NCBI GenBank assembly: GCA_963701855.1
Contig: CAVPBK010000009.1
Location: 256,001-320,000 of the forward strand
DNA length: 64,000 bases
Reading direction: 5' to 3'
DNA from: Nitrospirota bacterium
Lineage (GTDB): Bacteria; Nitrospirota; Nitrospiria; Nitrospirales; Nitrospiraceae
Both the position numbers and the translations under genes were made by a program. Under the pieces are notes generated by a model, which was given only the letters and a program-made list of their open reading frames with translations, did not search any database and was not told the origin of the DNA. This document shows positions 10,601 through 22,590 of the stretch, one piece after another; within the stretch, counting starts at the first letter, position 1; every line of letters starts with the position of its first letter.

Positions 10601-11644
10601 ATGGACGCGACACCGACCGGGCGCACTCAATCACGACATTGCAGCCGAGACTCTTGGCGCTGGACTGTCTCGGTCGGCCTCGCCTCAGCGTTGGGCGCAT
10701 GGCTTGGGATTGGAACCCTGTATGTTGCTTTGGCGGAGGAATCGTCGCAGGGGCCACGAGAGAGCAAGAGCGTCCGGCCAGTCGATCAGGACACGGATAG
10801 CCCTGCCACAAACGAACCCGAATCCGCTTCGGAACAGAAGCCTGAAGGTCCGCGTCGCGAACCCCGGTTTCTCCCGTCAATACTGAGGCCCGAACAACTG
10901 ACTCAGGAAGAATACGGGGAAGCCGAGAGATTCAGAAAGATGGCCGCCAAGTATGGGACGGATCCGACTGCGATTGTGGGCCGTGTGCAGCTGTCCTCTC
11001 AATACTCGAACTTACCTCATGGTGCTCAGCTCTCCGATACCGTAGCCCGAGTGGATCTCCCGTTCCGGGGTAACTGGCTGCTCCGAGTGGACACTCCGTT
11101 CCACCGGTGGCTCGATCCCAATCGTTCCGGCATGAGCAGCGCCCAGGGCTTGGGCAACCTATCGGCCATACTCGGGTGGCGCGCCTACAACACGCCCGAA
11201 TACGCCTTCTTGATCGGCGCCGCTTCCTCATTTCCCACCGCGTCCGAAGACACGTTGGGAAGCGGCAAGTATACGGTCGGCCCAATCATTGCCACGGGCC
11301 GTTTTCTCCCTCACTGGGAGTCCTTCCTGTTCGGAGTGTTCCAACATTCGGTCTCAGCCGGCGGCAATCCTGCGCGAGCAGACATCTCTTTCACTTCAGC
11401 GTCAGTACAGATTAATACCATTTGGGCCGAGCGTTGGTGGAGCACCGTACAGGGGGGGTGGCAGGTCAATTGGGAGCAAAAGGCAAAGAGCAGCATGACT
11501 CTCGAAGTCGAAGGCGGTCTCAATGTGGTGGGACGATGGGGAGTCTATATGCGTCCCGGGGTTGGGATTTGGGGAAACGATGTCATCGGAGCCTACGATT
11601 GGAGTGTGGAGGTCGGCACTCGCTACATGTTCAAATCGTTCTGA
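10601..11644 (+). CDS. putative outer-membrane beta-barrel protein, unknown function
   Basis: Signal-like N-terminus, alternating aromatic beta strands, C-terminal Phe; shares GTDPTAI, FPT..LGSGKYT.GP and NTIW.ERWW with 46618-47592. Confidence 0.7.
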   Translation: MDATPTGRTQSRHCSRDSWRWTVSVGLASALGAWLGIGTLYVALAEESSQGPRESKSVRPVDQDTDSPATNEPESASEQKPEGPRREPRFLPSILRPEQLTQEEYGEAERFRKMAAKYGTDPTAIVGRVQLSSQYSNLPHGAQLSDTVARVDLPFRGNWLLRVDTPFHRWLDPNRSGMSSAQGLGNLSAILGWRAYNTPEYAFLIGAASSFPTASEDTLGSGKYTVGPIIATGRFLPHWESFLFGVFQHSVSAGGNPARADISFTSASVQINTIWAERWWSTVQGGWQVNWEQKAKSSMTLEVEGGLNVVGRWGVYMRPGVGIWGNDVIGAYDWSVEVGTRYMFKSF

Positions 11645-11740
11645 AGTGTTCTGAATTTTGAACTTCACGTCGTGCTTGTCTCGCTCCTCCCGCCTGTCTC
11701 GCGTGCAAAAACAATGTCTGATCTCTGCTCAACCTCGACC

Positions 11741-12436
11741 TCAGCCTACTTCGCTCTCTGCCGCCGCTCGGTCGGCGAGCACGATGGCTTGCTCACGGTA
11801 AACTAGTCCCGCCGGAATCGACAGGTCTCTGTCACGCAGGCGGGCAAGCATTCCAGCCTTCTCGCTCCCGGTAACCAGCCACAGAATGCAGCGTGAACGA
11901 TTAAGAATGGGATAGGTCAATGTCATCCTACGCCTGCCCTGGTACATCCCCGTCAGGGCGACATCCGCTTCTGCCACCTTGAGCACAGGATCTTCCGGTA
12001 TGAGCGACGCCGTATGGCCATCAGGCCCAAGCCCGAGGTGGACCAGATCAAGCACCGGCGGCGAGCCGGCAATCTCTTGGAGCGTTGCGGCGTATTGTGC
12101 GGCAGCAGCCTCCAGGTCAGAGGCTTCCACCGGCATGGCATAAATTCTATCAACAGGTAGCCGCGCCTGTGAAAGCAAACTGTCGCGCAGATGCGTCAGG
12201 TTGCGATCCGGGTGCCCGGCCGGGGCTACTCGTTCGTCCACTTGCACCACATGTACCTTCTCCCACGGCATGTCCTGATTTGAGAGTGCGCGCAACATCA
12301 TCCAGGGCGTGCGACCGCCACTCACGGCCATGATAAAACGTCCGCGCGCGGCCACGCCTGATCGAGCCTTCTCGGCAATCATCGAAGCTGCCGCTCGGGC
12401 GACTGAATCGGCGTCGGCCAGTACGTCAATCTTCAT
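11741..12436 (-). CDS. pgl: 6-phosphogluconolactonase
   Basis: Motifs SGGRTP, VDERV, LGLGPDGHTASL, RMTLTYP. Confidence 0.93.
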   Translation of the reverse strand: MKIDVLADADSVARAAASMIAEKARSGVAARGRFIMAVSGGRTPWMMLRALSNQDMPWEKVHVVQVDERVAPAGHPDRNLTHLRDSLLSQARLPVDRIYAMPVEASDLEAAAAQYAATLQEIAGSPPVLDLVHLGLGPDGHTASLIPEDPVLKVAEADVALTGMYQGRRRMTLTYPILNRSRCILWLVTGSEKAGMLARLRDRDLSIPAGLVYREQAIVLADRAAAESEVG

Positions 12437-12468
12437 GAGGTGCCGTCATTGTTTGAGCGTCTCTTGCA

Positions 12469-13146
12469 TCATAATTTTTTATCCACGACCGGATAGACGC
12501 CGGTCAGCCGCGCGATCAGAATGGCGACATACATGACGCCTATGACCATCTCCAGGACTGTCAGGTAGCGGGATTGAACCAACGCAGGAGTAATATCGCC
12601 GAATCCAGCAGTCGTGAGCGCCGTGAAGCTGAAATAGAGCAGTTCTGTCATGTCGAGAGTCTTTGGCGTTCCCCCGAGCGCATAGGCGCCAGGGTAGAAG
12701 TACTGTGTCACGCCGTGCAGGTTTGCCCAGAAGACGGCGACCAGCATGTATGCAGCCACGGCGCCGTACAGCTTGTCTCCAGACATGAAATCCCGCCGGA
12801 ACACATAATGCAGAAGATTGGAAAGGATGAATGCGTAGAAAACGGCGTTGAAGCCCCAGGACAAGGCGAGGTACCCGGGCAGGCTCGACGCCAGCGCCAG
12901 GAATCGAAAGACAAGCGCCGGCAGAATCAGGATCACAGCAATGACAAACGATAACCACGAGCGCCCGACCGCCGCAACCGCGGTCAAGAGAATAGTGACG
13001 TTGACGACAACCAGTATCGCAGGGCCATGGGTGGTCTCGCTCAGGAACGGCAGCGCGACAAGCAGAGCGATCAGCGCCCAGAAAAGAAGTAAGCAGCGCT
13101 GCTCGATTATCTGCCCTAGGCGCAGGTTCAGCGGTTCATTCTCCAT
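12469..13146 (-). CDS. potassium/ion channel family membrane protein (Ion_trans_2-like)
   Basis: Multiple TM helices; pore helix and filter YFSFTALTTAGFGDITP. Confidence 0.85.
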   Translation of the reverse strand: MENEPLNLRLGQIIEQRCLLLFWALIALLVALPFLSETTHGPAILVVVNVTILLTAVAAVGRSWLSFVIAVILILPALVFRFLALASSLPGYLALSWGFNAVFYAFILSNLLHYVFRRDFMSGDKLYGAVAAYMLVAVFWANLHGVTQYFYPGAYALGGTPKTLDMTELLYFSFTALTTAGFGDITPALVQSRYLTVLEMVIGVMYVAILIARLTGVYPVVDKKL

Positions 13147-13244
13147 GACACGTGATCCTTCCCGTGATACGGGATGCGAGATGCGGGATATCTCGTATCC
13201 CATATCGCCCATCCCCTCTTGTCCGCACCCGGTCGAACTGGCCC

Positions 13245-14114
13245 CTACAGCACAGACGAGACCCAGCTATCAGCCGGAATTGCCAGCAACGGACAGCCGC
13301 ACTGCCGGAGCACTTGTTCACTAGTGCTGCCTCGCAGGGCATCAAGAAAGCCTTGTCGCCCCTCGGTGGACATGACGATGAGATCGGCCTCCATCCCGTG
13401 AGCGGTCTGCAGAATCAACTGTGTGATATCGCCCTTCTCCGACATCTTCGTCCATTCCCATCCCGGCAACTCCGGACAGCTGACCTCGGGCATCTCGCTG
13501 CCGTCACCCACATGAAGGATGGTGAACTGACCGGTGGGGCAGTTGAGCCGCTGCGCGAGCCGGACAGCGGCCTGGATCGCTGGCTGTGCCTGTGGAAGCG
13601 GCGCGATAGGGATCAAAATGTTCTTAAGCGATACGGAGCCGTCCATCAATGACACAAACCCCTCTACGCCCGCGGGAATGAAGAGCGTCATTTGATGCGA
13701 TTCCCTGGCCACAGGTTTGGCGACGGAGTTCTCCAGCCATAGGACACGCCCTTTGTCCTGTTGTGTGGCAAGGACAATCAGGTCGCTGGGCTGGTGCTCA
13801 AGAAACCCCAGCACCGCTTTCACCGGATTCTTGTCCTGAGCAACGACTTTATTGACCTTAATGCCCAGTTCAGGCACGGCTGACTGAGGGCTGTCTTTCG
13901 GCAGGATTCCCCACCGCTCGAGTGTCTGCTTCACGCCGGGAAACTCAGTCCAATTCTCCTTCCGATCTGGCGACACGTGGAAAATGGTGAGCGTGGCCTT
14001 GGCGACCAGCGCGGCTTTCAATGCGTGGGCAAAGGCGGTTTCGCTGGCTGGGCTAAAGTCGGAGGGATGAAACACGTGCTGCAGAATCGGCAGACTCAGA
14101 GGCGTCTTGCTCAC
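13245..14114 (-). CDS. tandem-domain universal stress protein
   Basis: HPSDFSPAS, DLIVLAT, DLIVMSTEGR..LRGSTSEQVLR; GTG 14114 follows GGAGGAG. Confidence 0.88.
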   Translation of the reverse strand: MSKTPLSLPILQHVFHPSDFSPASETAFAHALKAALVAKATLTIFHVSPDRKENWTEFPGVKQTLERWGILPKDSPQSAVPELGIKVNKVVAQDKNPVKAVLGFLEHQPSDLIVLATQQDKGRVLWLENSVAKPVARESHQMTLFIPAGVEGFVSLMDGSVSLKNILIPIAPLPQAQPAIQAAVRLAQRLNCPTGQFTILHVGDGSEMPEVSCPELPGWEWTKMSEKGDITQLILQTAHGMEADLIVMSTEGRQGFLDALRGSTSEQVLRQCGCPLLAIPADSWVSSVL

Positions 14115-14484
14115 GAAGCTCCTCCAGTTCGATCGGGCAATACCTAGCACAAGTATGATTGGAAAGTCATGAATACGGATACGGATGGAACCATCAGCGG
14201 CTCCTCTGGATCAACAGGAGTCCGAGAGGCACCTGTTTGATCTCAGAACCGATAGGTGGCCTCCACAGACCCGTTCGTGTTGAACAGGATCTCAGGGTTG
14301 AAACTCCGGCGGAAAGATGGGCCGGAAGTCTTTGTTGGAGTTATCAATTCCTTCGGAAGCTATGGGGGAAGGCGGTGTGAGGTAAAAGACAGGGAATCGG
14401 ATTTAGGTTTTGCCATCGCGCATTTCTCGTAGCCGTCCATTCTCGGATTTACATGGTGTCGTGCAATCCCTGGTTCTATCGGGA

Positions 14485-14648
14485 TCAGGTCGATATCAAC
14501 GCATCGTTGACACGCCGGACCTTGATTTTTCCAACGCGTTTCTCCGCCTGCGCCAGATCGTAGGCGACCTGCATCCGCAGCCATGTCTCGGCACACCCCC
14601 AAAGGCTTTTTCCAGGCGGATCGCCATTTCTGAGGAAATCACGGCCGC
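14485..14648 (-). pseudogene. HigA-type antitoxin C-terminal relic, frameshifted
   Basis: Reads ISSEMAIRLEKAFGG, frameshift, AETWLRMQVAYDLAQAEKRVGKIKVRRV; no N-terminus or toxin. Confidence 0.7.
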
Positions 14649-14702
14649 TGCCGCAGACCATGCTGCCCCGCTCGGATTTTCCTCGACGCAGGACGTTGCC
14701 GA

Positions 14703-16766
14703 CTACCTTGCTCGCCGCACTTGCTGCATGGCGGTTTCAATCACACGCTCCTTCGTGAAGCCGAACTCCTTCTGCAATACTTTCAATGGAGCCGACGCCC
14801 CAAACGTCGTCATGCCGACGATGGCGCCCGTGGGGCCGACGTAGTGTGCCCACCCGAAAGTCGAGGCCTGTTCAACCGCTACGCGAGCCGTCACCGCCGG
14901 CGGCAGCACCTGGTCGCGATAGGCTTGGTCCTGCTGCTCGAACAGTTCCCACGAAGGCATACTCACGACCCGAACCTTCATTCCTTCGGACTTGAGCTGT
15001 TCGTATGCTGCAACGCAGAGCGAGACTTCACTGCCGGTTCCAATAAGGATCACGTCAGGCATGCCATCGGCGGCATCGGCCAGGACATAGGCCCCCTTTG
15101 CCAAACCGGCCGCGGAGGCATATTTCGTACGGTCCAGCGTCGGCACGTCTTGCCGGGTTAGCATGAGCGCCACCGGCTCGTGATGCAGATTCATGATCAC
15201 GCGCCAGGCTGCCACTACCTCATTCGCATCGGCCGGCCGCAGGACAATCAGCCCGGGCATCGCGCGCAACGAGGCGAGATGTTCGATCGGCTGGTGGGTC
15301 GGCCCGTCTTCTCCCACGGCAATCGAGTCGTGCGTGAAAATGTGGATGACCGGCACTTCCATGATTGCGCCGAGCCGGATCCCGCCTCTGGCATAATCAC
15401 TGAAAATCAGGAATCCGGAACCATAGGCCCGGACCTTCACCAAGGCCATCCCGTTCAGGATCGCCGCCATCGCGTGCTCGCGGATCCCGAAGTGAAGATT
15501 GCGACCGCCGGGAGTCTCGGCAGTGACATCGCCCGCCCCTTCAAACGTCAACCGCGTTTTGACCGAAGGGGCCAGATCCGCCGACCCGCCCATCAACCAG
15601 GGCACACGCTTTCCCACCGCGTTCAACACCTGCCCGGACGAGACCCGCGTGGCCAGGCCCTTGGCGTCGGCCGGGAAGGCAGGCAAATCCTTGTCCCATC
15701 CGTCTGGCAACTGCCGGTGTTGCATCCGGTACAATTCATCGGCCAGCTCCGGGTATTTGGCCTTGTACTCTTTGATGCGCGTGAACCAGGCGCCGCGGAG
15801 CGTTTCCCCTCGAGCGCCGATCCCTTGCCTGAAATGCTCAGAGACGCCGTCGGGAATATGGAATTTGGCGTCCTCCGGCCATCCGTAATTTTTCTTGGTC
15901 TTTCGGATTTCCTCTTCGCCGAGCGGCTCTCCGTGAGCTGCCGAGGTGTCTTGTTTGTTGGGCGCCCCGTAGGCGATGTGGCTGTCCACGATGATCAGAG
16001 TCGGCCGGTCTGTCGTCTTCTGGAAGGTTCGAAACGCCCGCTCGAGCATCACGAGGTCGTTGGCGTCGCCGACGCGGGTGACGTTCCAGCCATAGGCGAT
16101 GAACCTTGTTGCGACATCGTCCGAGAAAGCCAGCGCGGTGTTGCCTTCGATCGTGATGTGATTGTTGTCGTAGATCCAGCAGAGGTTCGAGATGCCCAGG
16201 TGTCCGGCCATCGAGGCGGCCTCGTGAGAGATCCCCTCCATCATGTCACCGTCCCCGCACAAGGCATAGACGTTAAAATTGATTATGTCGTCGAAGCCGG
16301 GCCGATTGAAATGCTCAGCCATCCAGCGGCCGGCCAGGGCCATGCCCACGCTGTTCGAAATCCCCTGCCCGAGCGGTCCGGTTGTGGTTTCGACACCGGA
16401 GGTCCACCGGTACTCCGGATGACCGGGGCAGCGGCTCCCCAATTGACGAAACCGCTTGATGGCATCCAACGGCACCGACAGTTCACCGAGGGTCTCGTAC
16501 TCTTTGCTCACGGCCTTCACCCCGGTGAGATGAAGCAGGGAATACAGCAACATCGAGGCGTGGCCGATGGACAAGACAAAACGGTCGCGATTGGGCCAGA
16601 TCGGGTCTTGAGGATCGAAACGGAGAAATCGCTGCCACAGGCAATAGGCCACGGGAGCCAAGGCCATAGGCGTACCAGGATGGCCTGAGTTGGCCTGCTG
16701 AACGGCATCCATGGACAACGTGCGGATCGTGTTGATGCAGAGTTGATCGAGCTGTTCACGAGTCAT
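14703..16766 (-). CDS. tkt: transketolase
   Basis: Motifs SGHPG, GPLGQG, GDGDMMEG, GIREHAM, THDSIAVGEDGPTHQP. Confidence 0.97.
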   Translation of the reverse strand: MTREQLDQLCINTIRTLSMDAVQQANSGHPGTPMALAPVAYCLWQRFLRFDPQDPIWPNRDRFVLSIGHASMLLYSLLHLTGVKAVSKEYETLGELSVPLDAIKRFRQLGSRCPGHPEYRWTSGVETTTGPLGQGISNSVGMALAGRWMAEHFNRPGFDDIINFNVYALCGDGDMMEGISHEAASMAGHLGISNLCWIYDNNHITIEGNTALAFSDDVATRFIAYGWNVTRVGDANDLVMLERAFRTFQKTTDRPTLIIVDSHIAYGAPNKQDTSAAHGEPLGEEEIRKTKKNYGWPEDAKFHIPDGVSEHFRQGIGARGETLRGAWFTRIKEYKAKYPELADELYRMQHRQLPDGWDKDLPAFPADAKGLATRVSSGQVLNAVGKRVPWLMGGSADLAPSVKTRLTFEGAGDVTAETPGGRNLHFGIREHAMAAILNGMALVKVRAYGSGFLIFSDYARGGIRLGAIMEVPVIHIFTHDSIAVGEDGPTHQPIEHLASLRAMPGLIVLRPADANEVVAAWRVIMNLHHEPVALMLTRQDVPTLDRTKYASAAGLAKGAYVLADAADGMPDVILIGTGSEVSLCVAAYEQLKSEGMKVRVVSMPSWELFEQQDQAYRDQVLPPAVTARVAVEQASTFGWAHYVGPTGAIVGMTTFGASAPLKVLQKEFGFTKERVIETAMQQVRRAR

Positions 16767-16809
16767 CGCAAGCCTTTCGGGTTATGTGTTGTTGGCGGAA
16801 CGAGGTGTC

Positions 16810-18451
<1,642 letters not shown>

Positions 18452-18500
18452 CGCATCACCTCCTTGGCATTCCAGCGATTCCTCATGTGATCCTTTCTCC

Positions 18501-18680
18501 CTAACAGGCTGTTGACAAAGTCCGCCAACGTGTGAAGACCGTTATTTGGTTTGTCTGGTCTATTTTGTTTGTCTGGTTTTTTGATTGAACGAAACTAACC
18601 ATATGAACCAAATCAACCAGATAAACAAAACAAACCAGATGAACCAGACAAACCAACTTAGTTTTTCCGCAACCTGTCAG
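18501..18680. mobile_element. family A MITE-like element with inverted 9-bp-period arrays
   Basis: Ends CTAACAGGCTGTTGACAAA and TTTTTCCGCAACCTGTCAG are imperfect inverted repeats; interior TTTGTCTGG-like then CCAGACAAA-like units; close inverted copy at 60203-60353. Confidence 0.75.
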
Positions 18681-19267
18681 AACTGAACCGGCGCGTTCCA
18701 TCGCTTGATCGCCGGGATGCCACGGTAATAGCTCAGGATGTTCATTGTGGCTGTATCAAGCAAAAAGCGTTGGCCTTCCGAAGGAGGGAGGCCCAGCCAG
18801 CGAGCCGCAAAGACTCTGAGCACGTGCCCATGGGCGAACAAGATGACATTGCCCTTGACGGCGCGCGCTTTCTCAATCACACGATCGACCCGTGCGCCGA
18901 TTTCACCTGGCTGTTCCCCGCCAGGGCCGCCATCTCGAAAGAGCAACCAGCCTGGGACCGTCGCATGGATCTGGCCGGGCGTCAATCCCTCATAGCTCCC
19001 GTAGTTCCACTCCACCAGATCAGGCTCGATCTGTGCCACGTCTCCGAAACCGGCTAGCTTGCAGGTATCTCTGGCTCGTTGCAAAGGACTCGTCAGGGCC
19101 AGCGCGAACGACTCCTTCGCGAGGATCGGCTGCAATAGTCTCGCCACTTGTCGGCCGTTTTCCGTCAGCGGGATATCGGTGGTCCCGGTGTGTCGTCCGT
19201 TGAGACTCCACTCGGTTTCGCCGTGACGCACGAGAAATACTTGTTGCGTCTGGAGCAGCCATAGCAA
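18677..19267 (-). CDS. histidine phosphatase / phosphoglycerate mutase family protein
   Basis: Motifs RHGETEWS, SPLQRA, EWNYG.YEG, AHGH; true start may be ATG 19262 with an extra base near 19250. Confidence 0.88.
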   Translation of the reverse strand: MLWLLQTQQVFLVRHGETEWSLNGRHTGTTDIPLTENGRQVARLLQPILAKESFALALTSPLQRARDTCKLAGFGDVAQIEPDLVEWNYGSYEGLTPGQIHATVPGWLLFRDGGPGGEQPGEIGARVDRVIEKARAVKGNVILFAHGHVLRVFAARWLGLPPSEGQRFLLDTATMNILSYYRGIPAIKRWNAPVQF

Positions 19268-19334
19268 GCCTACCGAATAGGAGCACGAGTACTGCGCCGT
19301 TCGAGTGACAAAGAAGAGACAATCGGGCTTGCGG

Positions 19335-20904
19335 TCATGATGCGGCCTCCACTCTTCCGGCCATTTGTGGACTGCGAAGCCCAGCCGAGCGGTTCGAGGT
19401 GATCGTTAGCGCACGCAGCCATTCCAAAGCCGAGTCGGACAGCATCTGCTCTGTGCAGCGCCAGCGCCAGTTGCCCTCGGCACTGCCGGGCACGTTCATC
19501 CGAGCCTCTTTACCCAGGTTGAGCACGTCCTGTAGCGGTGCGATCGCGAGCGCGGCAATCGACGACCAGGCCAGACGTATCAGCGCGGGCGCGGCCTCGC
19601 TGCTGTCGCCCCCGGAACGTTTCATACAACTCCAGAGGTTCTGCCGCTGGATCGTCGGGCAGATCCTCGTACCACTCACGAGTCGTGGGATTGTCATGGG
19701 TACCGGTGTACACCACGGTGTTCGCGACATAGTTGCTCGGCAGATACGGATTGTCCGCATGACCGTCGAAGGCGAACTGGAGGACTCGCGTCCCTGGCAC
19801 ATTGAAACGGTCGCGGAGATCATAGACGTCCGGCGTAATCTCCCCCAAGTCCTCCGCGATGAAGGGAAGCCCGCACAGCTCTTTCTGGACGGTACTGAAT
19901 AATTCGGCCCCGGGCCCCGGCACCCAGCGGCCAGTTTGGGCCGTCGGCGCGCCGGCCGGAATGTGCCAGGCGGCTGCGAACGCGCGGAAATGGTCCAGGC
20001 GAATGGCGTCCACGTGGGCGAGCAATGCGCGCACGCGGTCCACCCACCAACGGTAGCCGGTCCGGCGCAGAGCGTCCCAGTCGTAAACGGGGTTGCCCCA
20101 AAGCTGTCCCTGGGCAGTGAAGTAGTCGGGGGGGCAACCGGCGAGGACCAGCGGCCGGCATTGCTCATCCAGCAAGAACAGCTCAGGGTTCGCCCACACG
20201 TCGCTCGAGTCCGGAGACACGAAGAACGGCAGGTCACCGATCAGCCGCACGCCCCGGGATTGCGCATGCTGCTTCAGGCGCGCCGCCTGGCGAAAGAACA
20301 GGAACTGGGCGAGACGGACCTGATCGATCTGGCTCGCCAACTCTTGCCGGGCCTGGGCCAGCGCGCTCGGAGCGCGACGAGTCAGCTCGGCCGGCCATTC
20401 AAGATAGTGGACCCCATCGTACCTCAACTTCAGTGCGCGAAACAGCGCGTAGTCCTCCAGCCAGCAGGCATGGTCCCGGCAGAACTGTGCATAAGCGGGC
20501 CGCAGATCCGGCCGCGCGCCGGCATTGAAATTGGTCCAGGCCTTGTCGAGCAGCCGAAGCTTGAACATGAAGACGGCGTCGTAGTCGACCGCGTCTGACG
20601 AAAACGACCGACCCTCACAATCGCTCACCTGCAACAGTCCGTCCTCGATCAACCAGTCCGGGCTCATGAGGAGCCCATTGCCGGCGAATGACGACAGTGG
20701 TTGATATGGAGAATCGCCGTCACCTACGCCGATTGGTCCCACCGGCAACGCCTGCCACCAGCTCTGCCCCGCCTCGTGGAGGCGGTCGATCCAGGCGAGC
20801 GCCATTGGGCCCACATCGCCTATGCCGTAGGGCGAGGGCAGCGACGTGATGTGCAGCAGCACACCGGAGGCCCGGTAGTTGGATGGGAACGGGGGAAGGC
20901 TCAT
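19335..20904 (-). pseudogene. malQ: 4-alpha-glucanotransferase (amylomaltase) with +1 frameshift near 19650 (possibly a sequence error)
   Basis: Motifs SGVLLHITSLP, GQLWGNP, RLDHFR, IAEDLG, YTGTHDN; tail ARMNVPG...NWRWR continues in another frame after GAT [C] CAG. Confidence 0.9.
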
Positions 20905-22553
20905 CGGTGGTCACTCCCCAGTGCGTGGTTCACCATCTCTTGGGCCTCTCTCACGAGGGCCTCTAGGTGGCCCTGATTCTTGAAACTCTCTGCATAGATC
21001 TTGTAAATGTTTTCGGTCCCGGAGGGCCGGGCCGCGAACCAGCCGTTGGCGGTGATGACTTTCAATCCGCCGATCGAGGCGTTGTTGCCCGGCGCTTTGG
21101 TTAGCTTGGCAGTGATCTGGTCGCCGGCAAGCGTTGATGCCGTGACGGCATCGGGCGACAATTTTCCCAGCCTTTCTTTCTGCTCGGGCGTGGCCGCCGC
21201 ATCGATGCGTGTGTAGAGAGGATTTCCAAATTCAGCCGTCAGTTCGCGGTAATGCTCCCCCGGATCTTTGCCGGTTCTGGCCGTGATCTCGGCCGCGAGC
21301 AGGTTCATGATCGGGCCATCCTTGTCGGTCGTCCACACGGTGCCGTCGTGACGGAGAAAGCTTGCTCCGGCGCTCTCTTCACCGCCGAAGCAGCATGAGC
21401 CGTCGAACAGGCCTGGCACAAACCACTTGAAACCGACCGGCACTTCGCACAGCCGGCGGCCGAGTTTGGCGACGACACGGTCGATCATGCCGCTTGACAC
21501 CAACGTCTTGCCGACGAACGCGTCGGTGGGCCACTGAGGTCGATGCGTGAGCAGATAGCGAATCGCCACGGCAAGATAATGGTTGGGATTCATCAGCCCG
21601 GCGGACGGCGTCACGATCCCGTGGCGGTCCGAGTCCGGGTCGTTGGCAAAGGCAAGTCGAAACCGGTCTTTCAGGCCGACGAGGCTGGCCATCGCATAGG
21701 GGCTCGAGCAATCCATCCGGATCTTGCCGTCGTGATCAACCGTCATGAAGGAGAAGGTCGGGTCGACTTTCGGATTCACGACGGTGATGTTCAGCTTATA
21801 GACCCTATTGATCGGCTCCCAGTAATGGACCGCAGCGCCGCCAAGCGGATCCACGCCCAGCACGAGACCCGCCTCGCGGATGATCTCCATGTCGATCACG
21901 TTCCGAAGGTCTTGCACATAGGGCAGGATGTAGTCTTCCTGCCGCGTGGTCGCCGCCTTGAACGCCTTCTCGAACGGCACCCGCTTGACGCCGGCGTTGC
22001 CTTCACGCAGCAATGCATTCGCACGATCCTGCATCCATTTCGTCACATCGGTATCGGCCGGTCCGCCGTTGGGCGGGTTGTACTTGATGCCCCCGTCCTC
22101 CGGCGGGTTATGCGAGGGCGTGACCACGATCCCGTCCGCGAGATGCGCCTTGCGGCCGTGGTTGTAGGCCAGGATGGCTCGTGAGATGACAGGCGTGGGC
22201 GTCACACCGTCGTCCTGCTGGATGACGGTGTGCACGTCGTTCGCCGCCAGGACTTCGAGCGCCGTTCGCTGAGCCGGCCCGGAGAGCGCGTGCGTGTCCT
22301 TGCCCATATAGAGCGGGCCGTCGATGCCCTGACCGCGCCGGTAGTCGCAAATGGCCTGCGTAATGGCGAGAATGTGCGCCTCGTTGAACGAGCCGCGGAA
22401 CGACGATCCGCGATGCCCGCTCGTGCCGAAGGCGACCGACTGGTTGGGATCTCCCATATCCGGTTTGCGCGCGTAATAGTCCCCTTCGAGCTTGGCCAGA
22501 TCCACTAACATCCCGATCGGAGCCGGCTTGCCTGCTAAAGGTGAAATCGCCAT
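20901..22553 (-). CDS. pgm: phosphoglucomutase
   Basis: Motifs [33 protein letters not shown]. Confidence 0.96.
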   Translation of the reverse strand: MAISPLAGKPAPIGMLVDLAKLEGDYYARKPDMGDPNQSVAFGTSGHRGSSFRGSFNEAHILAITQAICDYRRGQGIDGPLYMGKDTHALSGPAQRTALEVLAANDVHTVIQQDDGVTPTPVISRAILAYNHGRKAHLADGIVVTPSHNPPEDGGIKYNPPNGGPADTDVTKWMQDRANALLREGNAGVKRVPFEKAFKAATTRQEDYILPYVQDLRNVIDMEIIREAGLVLGVDPLGGAAVHYWEPINRVYKLNITVVNPKVDPTFSFMTVDHDGKIRMDCSSPYAMASLVGLKDRFRLAFANDPDSDRHGIVTPSAGLMNPNHYLAVAIRYLLTHRPQWPTDAFVGKTLVSSGMIDRVVAKLGRRLCEVPVGFKWFVPGLFDGSCCFGGEESAGASFLRHDGTVWTTDKDGPIMNLLAAEITARTGKDPGEHYRELTAEFGNPLYTRIDAAATPEQKERLGKLSPDAVTASTLAGDQITAKLTKAPGNNASIGGLKVITANGWFAARPSGTENIYKIYAESFKNQGHLEALVREAQEMVNHALGSDHR

Positions 22554-22590
22554 GAGTGTCAAACCTTCTCTGTGACAGATCGTCGTGGTG

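Noticed and set aside
18541..18660. CRISPR array in the short-period repeats
   Set aside because: Degenerate 9-bp units with no unique spacers, and no cas genes in the window
18501..18701. Small ORFs rich in LVCLV/NQTNQ (also 48693-48896, 60016-60312 and the TolC 5' extension)
   Set aside because: Translations of the 9-mer repeat arrays, not evidence of genes
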